From Candidatus Poseidoniales archaeon (GTDB taxonomy: Archaea > Thermoplasmatota > Poseidoniia > MGIII > CG-Epi1): a stretch of DNA of 33,650 bases. The stretch spans positions 1 to 33,650 of the forward strand of contig JBJLBY010000016.1 of the NCBI GenBank assembly GCA_045567975.1, written 5' to 3'. The position numbers and the translations under genes were made by a program. The notes under the pieces were generated by a model. That model made no database searches. It saw only the letters and a program-made list of their open reading frames with translations, and was not told where the DNA came from. This document shows, piece by piece, positions 1-7,900 of this stretch (the first letter of the stretch is position 1; every line of letters starts with the position of its first letter).

Positions 1-197
1 TGGGACTTATCGTGGCAGGTATTGTAGAAATTCTTAACGATTTGTTTGTTGTTGGTGATTTCAATTCATCAAATGTAAGTTATATTTTAGCAGGTATTGT
101 TGTAGCCTTTATAGGTCTCTTGGTTCACGATAGTATAAGAGAGAAGGTCAAGGATCAGCCTTTTGATGATTCGGTAAAAATAGTCTCAGATAAGTAA
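1..197 (+). CDS. 3' end of a membrane protein gene truncated by the left window edge (function unknown)
   Basis: The frame of ORF 12..197 stays open back to nt 3. It has a hydrophobic segment ILAGIVVAFIGLLV followed by a charged tail. No family recognised. Confidence 0.35.
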   Translation, partial: GLIVAGIVEILNDLFVVGDFNSSNVSYILAGIVVAFIGLLVHDSIREKVKDQPFDDSVKIVSDK

Positions 198-203
198 AGT
201 AAA

Positions 204-728
204 ATGGCAGATTTTTTCGTTTTAAGATTAGGTCATAGGCCTGAAAGGGATAAGAGAATAACTACACACGTTTGTTTAACAGCTAGAGCTTTTGGTTGTC
301 CAAAAGTTTTCCTTTCAAAGCCAGACAGTAGAGTGAGTAAGACTGTTGGTGAAGTTGTAAAAAAGTTTGGGGGGGAATTTAGTATTGAGAATGTTACAAG
401 TCTAGAATCATTTGTAAAGAAATGGCCAGGTATTGTTGTTCATTTGACAATGTTTGGTTTACCTATTGACGATTTCGTTGGTGAGCTTAAGAAAGTGAAT
501 TCAGATATACTTTTTGTGGTAGGTGCAGAGAAGGTTCCTCCTTGGATTTTTGAAGAAGCTGATTACAATATTTCTATAGGCAATCAGCCACATTCCGAGG
601 TGGCTGCTTTAGCCGTTTCCCTCAATAAGGTATGTGGTGATACTTACTCTAAAGATTATGATGGAGCTTTGAAGGTAATTCCATCAGGCACTCACCGTCA
701 AATGGTTGATAATAGAGTATTTGATTAA
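204..728 (+). CDS. trm56: tRNA (cytidine56-2'-O)-methyltransferase aTrm56 (SPOUT family)
   Basis: The N-terminus FVLRLGHRPERDKRITTHVCLTARAFG is the hallmark aTrm56 motif. The 174-aa size is typical. Confidence 0.85.
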   Translation: MADFFVLRLGHRPERDKRITTHVCLTARAFGCPKVFLSKPDSRVSKTVGEVVKKFGGEFSIENVTSLESFVKKWPGIVVHLTMFGLPIDDFVGELKKVNSDILFVVGAEKVPPWIFEEADYNISIGNQPHSEVAALAVSLNKVCGDTYSKDYDGALKVIPSGTHRQMVDNRVFD

Positions 729-1123
729 TCTTCCATTTCTTTCGATTCAGCAGAAACAGATATTTCGATGAAGGACATTCTGAATGTTCCCTTTTTATCT
801 TTTCTTGGTACATCTTCAGTACCTATGTCTACATTATCAACTTTAGTATCAAATTCTTTTTTGAATCGATTCTTAAATTGCTCTGCTACATTTACTGCAT
901 TGGATATAGACTTCCCTCTAGCCTTCAACTTTACACATTCAATTTCCTCTCTCCCAAGATAAGACATCATGTCTGGAAAGTAAAGGAAGGGATCTTCAGA
1001 ACCGATAAAAATAGTACCTATTTTTCCATCTAGTTTCTTGTTGACTCTAAACCTTCTTTTATTTGGCTTAGATTTTTTAGCTTCCGTTTTTTTTTCTTTG
1101 CTAGCTTTCTTCTTCTGAGGCAT
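725..1123 (-). CDS. albA: Alba chromatin/RNA-binding protein with a ~35-aa lysine-rich N-terminal extension
   Basis: The core VKLKARGKSISNAVNVAEQFKNRF ... VDNVDIGTEDV ... RMSFIEISVS matches the Alba fold signature. The N-terminus is MPQKKKASKEKKTEAKKSKPNKRRFRVNKK. Confidence 0.85.
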   Translation of the reverse strand: MPQKKKASKEKKTEAKKSKPNKRRFRVNKKLDGKIGTIFIGSEDPFLYFPDMMSYLGREEIECVKLKARGKSISNAVNVAEQFKNRFKKEFDTKVDNVDIGTEDVPRKDKKGTFRMSFIEISVSAESKEMED

Positions 1124-1144
1124 TTTTTTATCAATTTGATATAT

Positions 1145-1152
1145 CTATATAT
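1145..1152 (-). promoter_or_regulatory. Candidate TATA box for alba (ATATATAG on the minus strand)
   Basis: The element is centred about 25 nt upstream of the alba ATG (1123), directly after the upstream permease stop. That spacing fits a leaderless or near-leaderless archaeal transcript. Confidence 0.35.
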
Positions 1153-1154
1153 GA

Positions 1155-2591
1155 CTAATCAAAGCTTTCCGCTTGCCACTTAGTTTCTATTTTATTGTAA
1201 AAATATATGCTTATCATAGCCAGAGTACCGCAAATAAATGATAGGGAAATAAGAATTAGAGATTGACTGTAGCTTATGGCTAGGCTAAGAATAGTCATTG
1301 CAATCATTGGAGGTACTGATACGAAGAAGAATTTTATGAATATAATTGCGTCAAAAAGTGCAGAATTTGTTCTGAGACCTGTAGATAACGCAGTGTAATT
1401 TACTATGTAAATTCCAACAGTTATCATTACAACTATGCCGATTGGTAATAGGTTGATTTCAGAGCTTAAATATGATATTAGGATCATAAAAATTAATGGA
1501 ATCCACCAAGTAATTGTAATAAAAAGAATAAGTCTAGCTCTTATAACTTGAGGGACAGTTATTGGTAGTGTCGAATAGAAATTAGGGCTATCTATAGTGT
1601 TCAACCAAGAATAAAGCATAGTCCCAAAAAACCCCACCATCACACCATAAAATATGGTGTTAAAGTCAACATCAATGGGTAAGCCTCTATCTATGAACCA
1701 GTTCATAAATGTGAGAATTCCTAATGGGAAAGCAAAAGAAAAAAACATTTTGATTCCAGTTTTACTTCTTTGGAGATCTATTCTTTCTTTAGATATGATA
1801 GTAGTTGAGGTGATATTCTTCGCCCAGCTAAATTTCTCCTTATATTCTTTGAAACGTTCTCTATATCCAATCTGTGGGATTGAACTAACTTCATTGATTT
1901 CATTTATTAATAATGTAGCAGTAGTTGTCAAAATTCCAGTTATAGAGATAGATATTAAAATAGAGTTTAGGTCTGAGTTCAAATACCAATGTAAGCTAGG
2001 TGTTATATCCAAATCTTGAACTACAAAAATGTAGCAAGTCAAGGCAATACTACTACCTAATATTGAATGTTTCAAAGATATACGATACAAGCTAGAAATT
2101 AGATATGCAAATGCCAATCCCATTATGAAAGTGAGGAATAATGATATACTGAATAATATTACATTTATTAAATTAAAATTATTAAATTGAGATCCAATAA
2201 CAGCTCCTAATAAAGCTGGTAAAAGTGTGAATATTGAGTAGAATATTATTTCTTTAATAAAGTATAATAAAGTGATTCGCTTCTGACTTAGAGGTTGTGT
2301 TGAGGGGAGTCCAATGATAAGGCCAAGATAACCAAATATTCTTTCTAAAAAATCGCTGCCGAAGAAAGCAAGAAATCCAGTAAATATCCCATAGAAAAGT
2401 ATTGCAATATGACATGATTCTAGAAAATCTTTGTAACCCATATCTGCAATCATTTCATCTGCAAAAACAATAGCCAGGATTCCAGAAAGTATTACCAAAA
2501 TGGGGAAAGAGTAGAACCCTTTACCACTTGCAAAGCTTGTGTTTAGTCTAATCTCTTCGAGAAGCATTTTCCAGACTATTAATCTATTCAT
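1155..2591 (-). CDS. Multi-pass integral membrane permease of an ABC-2-type exporter
   Basis: A 478-aa protein that is hydrophobic throughout (roughly 12 predicted helices by eye). Its start overlaps the stop of the upstream ABC ATPase (ATGA, 2588..2591). Confidence 0.6.
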   Translation of the reverse strand: MNRLIVWKMLLEEIRLNTSFASGKGFYSFPILVILSGILAIVFADEMIADMGYKDFLESCHIAILFYGIFTGFLAFFGSDFLERIFGYLGLIIGLPSTQPLSQKRITLLYFIKEIIFYSIFTLLPALLGAVIGSQFNNFNLINVILFSISLFLTFIMGLAFAYLISSLYRISLKHSILGSSIALTCYIFVVQDLDITPSLHWYLNSDLNSILISISITGILTTTATLLINEINEVSSIPQIGYRERFKEYKEKFSWAKNITSTTIISKERIDLQRSKTGIKMFFSFAFPLGILTFMNWFIDRGLPIDVDFNTIFYGVMVGFFGTMLYSWLNTIDSPNFYSTLPITVPQVIRARLILFITITWWIPLIFMILISYLSSEINLLPIGIVVMITVGIYIVNYTALSTGLRTNSALFDAIIFIKFFFVSVPPMIAMTILSLAISYSQSLILISLSFICGTLAMISIYFYNKIETKWQAESFD

Positions 2592-3289
2592 AACACAATT
2601 TCGTGGAAGAGTTCTTCCAGATTTATATTCTGCTTTTCTAAATCTTTTAGAGTAATTAAAGATTGAATTTGACCGTGATGTATAATTGCAGCTTTTGTAC
2701 AGAGACGTTGAGCGTTTTCTAAGAGGTGTGTATTGAGAAACACAGTACCTCCATCTTTAACAAATTCAGTGAGCCAATCTCTAACTTTAGTTTGAACGAT
2801 AGGATCCAGATTGATAAAAGGTTCATCTAGAAATAGTAATTTACATTCTGAGAGGAAAGCTGCAGCCAGCATTACTTTTTGTCTTTGCCCTCTAGATAAA
2901 TTTCTACAAACTCGACCTTCTAATGCATCCATTTCAAAAAACTCAATCCATTTTTCAATTCTAGGATTTTCAATTTCTCGTATTGAAGCTACCATTTCCA
3001 AAACTTCTCTTGGAGTGAGGAAGCTAGGTGGAGACTCCTGTTCTGGTACAATTCCAATGTTTTTCTTTACAGACATAACATTATCTTCAACAATCAGGTC
3101 CAGTACTTTTGCACTTCCTTTAGTCGATCTAAGTTGGCCAGTTAATATCTTTAGAAGAGTAGTTTTTCCAGCTCCGTTTGGACCGAGAAGTCCAAAGAAT
3201 TCTCCTTCCTCAATTTCTAAATCAACATTATTCAATGCCAAAAAATCGTCATATTTTTTTGACAAACCTTTACAATCGATAACAGACAT
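2588..3289 (-). CDS. ABC transporter ATP-binding protein
   Basis: Walker A GLLGPNGAGKTT, ABC signature LSRGQRQKV and Walker B LLFLDEP are all present. Confidence 0.92.
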   Translation of the reverse strand: MSVIDCKGLSKKYDDFLALNNVDLEIEEGEFFGLLGPNGAGKTTLLKILTGQLRSTKGSAKVLDLIVEDNVMSVKKNIGIVPEQESPPSFLTPREVLEMVASIREIENPRIEKWIEFFEMDALEGRVCRNLSRGQRQKVMLAAAFLSECKLLFLDEPFINLDPIVQTKVRDWLTEFVKDGGTVFLNTHLLENAQRLCTKAAIIHHGQIQSLITLKDLEKQNINLEELFHEIVL

Positions 3290-3294
3290 TACAA

Positions 3295-3777
3295 TTATCT
3301 AAACATACCCTTGATAGTCTTTTTTATTAGACCTTCATCAGTTTTGTCAACTTTTGGTTCGGTTTTATCTTTACCAAATACTAGTTTTCTTAGTGTGAAC
3401 ATAGCTGTGTTATAGCCTAATGATTCTTTCCCAATTAACCTTACTGGTAATGGTAACATTTCCCAAGTTCTTCCTATAAATTTTTCGTATTTTTGATCAT
3501 TAAATAGATATTCAGTTCCCTTGCTACCAGCACTTTTCATAGATTTTATTACAATTTTTGTGGCTAATGTAATGACAACGGAATCCACTGCATTTTTAGC
3601 GGCTTTACCAGCTGATGAAGCAACATCTGCTACGCTTTGAACTGCATCACTAGCAATCTTTGCAGCACTTTCTCCTACATCTTTTGCCTTATCGGTTACT
3701 TTGTTGGTGATCCCAGATGTACCCTCCTTAATTTGTTCAGCTTTTTCTTCAGCCTTCTTTCTTACATCTTTAAACAT
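3295..3777 (-). CDS. Hypothetical protein with an Ala/Lys-rich amphipathic N-terminal half; first gene of the ABC operon
   Basis: A 160-aa ORF whose stop lies 5 nt from the ABC ATPase start on the same strand. The N-terminal half KAEEKAEQIKEG...DKAKDVGESAAKIASDAVQSVADVASSAGKAAKNAVDS is low-complexity and helical. No family recognised. Confidence 0.5.
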   Translation of the reverse strand: MFKDVRKKAEEKAEQIKEGTSGITNKVTDKAKDVGESAAKIASDAVQSVADVASSAGKAAKNAVDSVVITLATKIVIKSMKSAGSKGTEYLFNDQKYEKFIGRTWEMLPLPVRLIGKESLGYNTAMFTLRKLVFGKDKTEPKVDKTDEGLIKKTIKGMFR

Positions 3778-3828
3778 ACAGTAGCATCACCAATTCTATT
3801 ATTAAACATGTGGTTCAGAGGTATTGTA

Positions 3829-3915
3829 GCGGGGGTCGCATAGCCAGGCCAATTGCGCTGGGTTTAGGTCCCAGTCCTTAGTGGTACGAGGGTTCAAATC
3901 CCTCCCCCCGCACCA
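3829..3915 (+). tRNA. tRNA-Leu (anticodon UAG), class II with long variable arm, CCA encoded
   Basis: Acceptor stem GCGGGGG/CCCCCGC. Anticodon stem CTGGG/CCCAG with loop TTTAGGT. T-arm GAGGG-TTCAAAT-CCCTC. Discriminator A followed by CCA. Confidence 0.9.
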
Positions 3916-3942
3916 TTTATATCCTTCTCATATTAGAGGTTC

Positions 3943-4062
3943 ATGGCAGAGGGTTCTGAAGTTTCTAGGAAAAAAAGAGTCACAAAAGGTGATAAGAAGG
4001 CAAAAAAACATTTTAGTCGTTACAAAAAAGGTGGACCTAAGAAGCAGAGAGTTAAGTTGTGA
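3943..4062 (+). CDS. Candidate 39-aa highly basic small ORF, stop overlapping the ROK kinase GTG start
   Basis: Hand translation gives MAEGSEVSRKKRVTKGDKKAKKHFSRYKKGGPKKQRVKL. TTTATAT at 3916..3922 lies ~24 nt upstream of the ATG. GTGA overlap at 4059..4062. It is below the ORF-track size cutoff, and the A-rich DNA could produce Lys codons by chance. Confidence 0.3.
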   Translation: MAEGSEVSRKKRVTKGDKKAKKHFSRYKKGGPKKQRVKL

Positions 4063-4895
4063 TTGGTGGTATCGAATTAGGAGGAACTAAGTGTCTTGTT
4101 GCTGTTGCAAATAATCCGTTGGAAATAGTTGAAAAAAAATTAATAACTACAAAAGATCCAATTAGTACAATATCAGAAATTAAGTCTTTTTTTACTAATT
4201 TTCAGATTGCCAGACTAGGTGTTGGCTCTTTTGGCCCATTAGTTCTTAATTCAGGTTCCAAAGACTACGGACTTTTGGTTGCTGAGAGTAAAAATGGTTG
4301 GAAAGGAATAAATATTGTTAAAGAGTTTTCAAAAATTAGTACAAATATTGTCCTTGATACAGATGTCAATGCAGCAGCATTGGGAGAATATAAATATGGA
4401 GCTGGAAAATCATCTGAAACTTTCGTTTATGTGACAATTGGTACCGGTATTGGAGTCGGTATTTTGATAGGTGGCAAGCCCAATGTTGGTAATTTTCATT
4501 TGGAAATAGGCCATATGTTCGTTCCTAATAATGATAATTTTAAGGGAGTTTGTAGAATACATGGCAATTGCTGGGAAGGTTTGGCAAGTGGTCCGGCCAT
4601 ACATACTAGATGGGGAGTTCAGGCAGGTGATCTTTCTCCAGACCATGAAGCATGGGAAAAAGAAGCACAATTATTAGCCTTTGGAATTATAAATATAATT
4701 TCAAATCATTCCCCAGATAAGATTGTATTGGGTGGAGGCGTCATGAGTCAAAAACACCTATTTGAAATGATAAGACTTCACGTTAAGAGAATGTGGAATG
4801 GCTACACTCCTTTAGGTTCTCTACCAGATTTAATTTTGGAACCAGAATTAGGTAAGGACTCAGGTATAGTAGGTTCACTTTATTTGGCTTTGTGA
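4059..4895 (+). CDS. ROK-family sugar kinase (fructokinase/mannokinase-like)
   Basis: N-terminal IGGIELGGTK ATP-binding motif, GTGIGVGILIGG, and the ROK zinc motif region HMFV...CRIHGNCWEGLASGPA. GTG start. Confidence 0.8.
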   Translation: MIGGIELGGTKCLVAVANNPLEIVEKKLITTKDPISTISEIKSFFTNFQIARLGVGSFGPLVLNSGSKDYGLLVAESKNGWKGINIVKEFSKISTNIVLDTDVNAAALGEYKYGAGKSSETFVYVTIGTGIGVGILIGGKPNVGNFHLEIGHMFVPNNDNFKGVCRIHGNCWEGLASGPAIHTRWGVQAGDLSPDHEAWEKEAQLLAFGIINIISNHSPDKIVLGGGVMSQKHLFEMIRLHVKRMWNGYTPLGSLPDLILEPELGKDSGIVGSLYLAL

Positions 4896-5049
4896 TTAGA
4901 TTAGTCCAGCTAGCATAACTATTCCAATTGTAGTGATTACAATAATCAAGTTCAACACCGTAGTTGTAGACTCTTTCTCTAATATACAGTTTTTACATTT
5001 TAGGCATTGCATAGCCCTATAAATTTTAGGTATTATATAAAATATTTTT

Positions 5050-5125
5050 TGGTGGGCCCGCCCAGATTTGAACTGGAGTCTATACCACCCCAAGGTACAA
5101 GGATGCCAAGCTACCCCACGGGCCC
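5050..5125 (-). tRNA. tRNA-Pro (anticodon GGG by best stem pairing; UGG in an alternative fold), CCA encoded
   Basis: The reverse complement reads GGGCCCGTGGGGTAGCTTGGCATCCTTGTACCTTGGGGTGGTATAGACTCCAGTTCAAATCTGGGCGGGCCCACCA. Acceptor stem GGGCCCG/CGGGCCC, anticodon stem GTACC/GGTAT with loop TTGGGGT, T-loop TTCAAAT. Confidence 0.9.
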
Positions 5126-5159
5126 AGTATCTGGTTTATTGTGTGGCAATAGTTAAAAA

Positions 5160-5351
5160 TTAGTCGTAAGGTAGTAACTCATCTATCAAATCTAGATGGG
5201 AAACAAATATTTTTCTACAACAATATCTTTCGAGACCTAGTGAATCCATAATCTCACCTGGATTCTCTCCGGCTTCTTTTCTTTCCACAAATTCTTCGTA
5301 TAAGCCGCCGACCACTTTGTTACAACTGAAACATCTAACTGGAACTAACAT
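5160..5351 (-). CDS. rpoN: DNA-directed RNA polymerase subunit N (Rpo10)
   Basis: MLVPVRCFSCNKVVG...YCCRKIF is the conserved Zn-binding RpoN/RPB10 pattern. 63 aa. Confidence 0.95.
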   Translation of the reverse strand: MLVPVRCFSCNKVVGGLYEEFVERKEAGENPGEIMDSLGLERYCCRKIFVSHLDLIDELLPYD

Positions 5352-5357
5352 GATAAA

Positions 5358-5759
5358 TCACCTGTATGACTTCTGCCTCTTTTTACGAGCACCACGACCC
5401 ATCGGGTGTTTCGGTTCTTTTCTTCTAGTATCATTAACTAGCAACGCTCTATCGTAATTTTGGAAAAGCTTTTGGAGTTTTTCATCGTCAAACCATTGTA
5501 CAATTCCTCTAGCAATAGCAGTTCTTGAGGCCTCAGCTTGGCCCATTACTCCACCACCTTCAACATTCACATTAATGTCAACGCGGTTTGCTTGCTTTCC
5601 AGCCAATTCAATAGGCTCCTTTATTTTCAAACGTGCCAACTCAGGCTGGTAAAACTCTACCGGCTTACTGTTGATTCTTACTCTTCCTTTGCCAGATCTC
5701 AAGGTAGCTCTAGCAATAGCTGTTTTTCTTTTACCACTTGTGTGCACTACTTTAACCAT
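5358..5759 (-). CDS. rps9: 30S ribosomal protein S9 (uS9)
   Basis: [12 protein letters not shown] near the N-terminus and a basic C-terminus ending KSYR. Confidence 0.95.
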   Translation of the reverse strand: MVKVVHTSGKRKTAIARATLRSGKGRVRINSKPVEFYQPELARLKIKEPIELAGKQANRVDINVNVEGGGVMGQAEASRTAIARGIVQWFDDEKLQKLFQNYDRALLVNDTRRKEPKHPMGRGARKKRQKSYR

Positions 5760-6171
5760 CGAATTTCGCTCCTAAAACTTTTGATACTTCGCTTAGTGTA
5801 ATATATTTTGATGTATTTTTCATCTTTGCATGATCTATAGTTTGTATATCTTTTTCTTCAATTTCTCTTGGTTCACCTATATCTACGCGCAGTCTTTTGA
5901 AGGCTTCACGCCCTTTTGGCTTTTGGTATGGTATCATTCCTCTTACAGCTCTCTTAAGCATTAGGTGAGGCATCCTTGGATAATATGGGCCTTTACGTGG
6001 GTGATTTAGATTTCTTTTTTCGATATATTCACCGAATACCATTTCTTTAGTCCCAGATATAACTGCTCTCTCTGCATTTATTATGTGTATTTGTTCTCCG
6101 TTTAGTAGACTCTTAGCTACGGAGCTTGCCAATCTTCCCATTACACAATTCTTTGCATCAATGACTTTCAT
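5752..6171 (-). CDS. rpl13: 50S ribosomal protein L13 (uL13)
   Basis: [38 protein letters not shown] matches the uL13 N-terminal signature. Confidence 0.95.
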   Translation of the reverse strand: MKVIDAKNCVMGRLASSVAKSLLNGEQIHIINAERAVISGTKEMVFGEYIEKRNLNHPRKGPYYPRMPHLMLKRAVRGMIPYQKPKGREAFKRLRVDIGEPREIEEKDIQTIDHAKMKNTSKYITLSEVSKVLGAKFDG

Positions 6172-6542
6172 TAACCGATCACCATCACATCTTTACCCTT
6201 TGGATTTGATTTGATAAAGTCACTATAATGTAAGCATTTTCCTCCAGCCTTTTCTATTTTCTCTGTGGCTGATTTTGTGAAACTATATGCAGAAACTGTA
6301 ACTTTTTTGGTCAGGTTTCCACTCCCCATTAACTTCCCAGGAACTACAATTTTAGAGTTTTTCTGGCTATTGTATTCTAGTTTACTTATGTTGACAGTAG
6401 GCCAATTACGAGATGGTCCTTCAAGTCTCTTAGCGATGCTTCTCCAAATAGGTGCATCGTTATCACGAGAAGCCTTCTTTAGGCTCGTGATTGCTTGCAC
6501 TAATTCAGGGTTGCTTTTCCGGTTGATTTGTTTCAGAGACAT
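6171..6542 (-). CDS. rpl18e: 50S ribosomal protein L18e
   Basis: SNPELVQAITSLKKAS...APIWRSIAKRL...VNISKL...VVPGKLMGSG...KAGG matches the archaeal L18e pattern. It also holds the conserved position upstream of rpl13. Confidence 0.9.
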   Translation of the reverse strand: MSLKQINRKSNPELVQAITSLKKASRDNDAPIWRSIAKRLEGPSRNWPTVNISKLEYNSQKNSKIVVPGKLMGSGNLTKKVTVSAYSFTKSATEKIEKAGGKCLHYSDFIKSNPKGKDVMVIG

Positions 6543-6582
6543 CGCTATCTTCTTAAAGTAGGTTGGCGGCCAGACTGTGGCG

Positions 6583-6590
6583 TATTTAAA
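6583..6590 (-). promoter_or_regulatory. Candidate TATA box TTTAAATA for the rpl18e-rpl13-rps9-rpoN transcript
   Basis: A consensus archaeal TATA octamer on the minus strand, immediately after the purN stop and ~44 nt upstream of the rpl18e ATG. Confidence 0.4.
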
Positions 6591-6593
6591 GTA

Positions 6594-7199
6594 TTAGTCG
6601 GTTTGAATAGATACATTTCTACCGTCTATAATAAGTTTTTTTGAGCAAAAGAGTTCTAATGCTTTAGGCATTAATTCATGTTCTAGTGGCAATATTTTTT
6701 GTGAAAGAGTTTCTTCTGTTTCATTATTATCAACTTTCACAGAGGCTTGCATTATAATTGGCCCCGTATCAACACCTTCATCTACAAGATGAACCGTACA
6801 TCCGCTAATTTTTGAACCGTATTTTATCGTGTCTCTATGTGCGTGAGCTCCTGGGAAAGAGGGTAATAGTGAAGGGTGAATATTGATAATTTTATTTTTG
6901 TATGAATTAATAAATTGCGAAGTCAGAATTCGCATAAATCCAGCCAATACTATAACGTCTATTTTTTCAGTTTTAAGTACTTCTAAAGCTTTTTTTTCAA
7001 ACTCTTTTCTGCTGCAGTTTTTAGATTCTATTATGGTGTAATCAATTCCATGGTTAGTTGCTCTCTGAATAACATATGCGTCCTTTTTATCAGTAATGAG
7101 ATGTACAATCTCAGCATGAGGTGTTTCTCCTCTCTCTGATGAATCTATAATAGCTTGGAAATTACTTCCTCTTCCCGAAGCCATGACTGCAACTTTCAT
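6594..7199 (-). CDS. purN: Phosphoribosylglycinamide formyltransferase (PurN)
   Basis: VMASGRGSNFQAIID, VLAGFMRIL and NIHPSLLPSFPGAHAHRD are the formyltransferase catalytic motifs. Confidence 0.9.
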   Translation of the reverse strand: MKVAVMASGRGSNFQAIIDSSERGETPHAEIVHLITDKKDAYVIQRATNHGIDYTIIESKNCSRKEFEKKALEVLKTEKIDVIVLAGFMRILTSQFINSYKNKIINIHPSLLPSFPGAHAHRDTIKYGSKISGCTVHLVDEGVDTGPIIMQASVKVDNNETEETLSQKILPLEHELMPKALELFCSKKLIIDGRNVSIQTD

Positions 7200-7843
7200 A
7201 ATCTTTTCAACTTATTTTTTGGGGCATATTCAACTAATACTCCACTACCCATAATTTCCGCATTTTTAACTTCCAGTTTAAGGATATTGGTTGCATCTTT
7301 GCACCCATTTCCTCCGGCTATAGTAGGTGTTTCAGTTCCACCTATAATCATGTTTGAAGTAAAAATATAAAGTTTAGTAAATAATTTTTTTTCCAAAAAG
7401 GACCACATTACAGTTTCTCCACCTTCTACTAGTATTTTGTTTATTCCTATTGCTTTGAGTTTAGGTAATAATTCTAGCAGATCTATTTGTTTAAGTCCGC
7501 AGTTTATTATTTCAATGTTTGGATTTTGTTTTACAGTAGTATTTTCTCCTACAGCTACTATGGTTCTACTCTCACCATCAAGTACATTTGAGTTCTTTGG
7601 AATCCTAAAGTTTGTATCCAATATAATTCTAGTCGGTTTTATTCCATTACTGTTTCTCAGTGTAAGTTTGGGATTGTCTTCAATTACTGTGCCAATACCT
7701 ACTAAGATAGCATCGCATTCACTTCTAAGTTTGTGCACTCTTTCAAAATCTTCTTCATTTGATAATGTTATTCTTTTTCTATCAGGTAAGGCTATTTTTC
7801 CGTCTGCAGATGCTGCACAATTTAGTATAATTTCAGGAAACAC
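7196..7843 (-). CDS. 2,5-diamino-6-ribosylamino-4(3H)-pyrimidinone 5'-phosphate reductase (RibD C-terminal-domain type, archaeal riboflavin pathway)
   Basis: ILNCAASADGKIALPDRKRITLSNEEDFERVHKLRSECDAILVGIGTVIEDNPKLT matches the RibD_C/archaeal reductase N-terminal region. ATGA overlap with purN. Confidence 0.8.
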   Translation of the reverse strand: MFPEIILNCAASADGKIALPDRKRITLSNEEDFERVHKLRSECDAILVGIGTVIEDNPKLTLRNSNGIKPTRIILDTNFRIPKNSNVLDGESRTIVAVGENTTVKQNPNIEIINCGLKQIDLLELLPKLKAIGINKILVEGGETVMWSFLEKKLFTKLYIFTSNMIIGGTETPTIAGGNGCKDATNILKLEVKNAEIMGSGVLVEYAPKNKLKRL

Positions 7844-7900
7844 GTTAATTCCAATGAGGCTTCATTAAAATATAATGGGTAGCTACTATTTTTTGAGTAA

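Noticed and set aside
2811-3302. 163-aa plus-strand ORF antisense to the ABC ATPase. The same applies to 768..962, 1654..2019, 3637..3843, 4410..4670, 5538..5801, 6265..6561, 7155..7370, 7437..7868 and 7974..8261
   Set aside because: All lie fully inside, and antisense to, genes with strong family signatures. Their proteins are low-complexity Ser/Phe/Leu/Ile-rich, as expected from reverse reading of AT-rich coding DNA. None carries a motif.
3881-4090. 69-aa ORF from the six-frame track (MVRGFKSLPPHH...)
   Set aside because: Its first 35 nt lie inside the 3' half of tRNA-Leu (3829..3915). It also overlaps the ROK kinase start in another frame. Its composition looks like translated tRNA plus A-rich spacer.
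4896-5093. 65-aa minus-strand ORF (MGWYRLQFKSGRAHQ...)
   Set aside because: The N-terminal part is the translated tRNA-Pro gene on the same strand (5050..5125). Only the distal 38 codons could be real: 4896..5012, MQCLKCKNC followed by the hydrophobic helix TTVLNLIIVITTIGIVMLAGLI, with TTATATAATA about 20-28 nt upstream. The evidence is too thin to call it as a feature.
3829-5125. tRNA-Leu and tRNA-Pro as possible integration sites for a mobile element or genomic island
   Set aside because: There is no integrase, transposase or phage-like gene nearby. I noticed no duplicated tRNA 3' fragment (att-like direct repeat) by eye. The only genes between the two tRNAs are a ROK kinase and small candidate ORFs. 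An exhaustive repeat search was not possible by hand.
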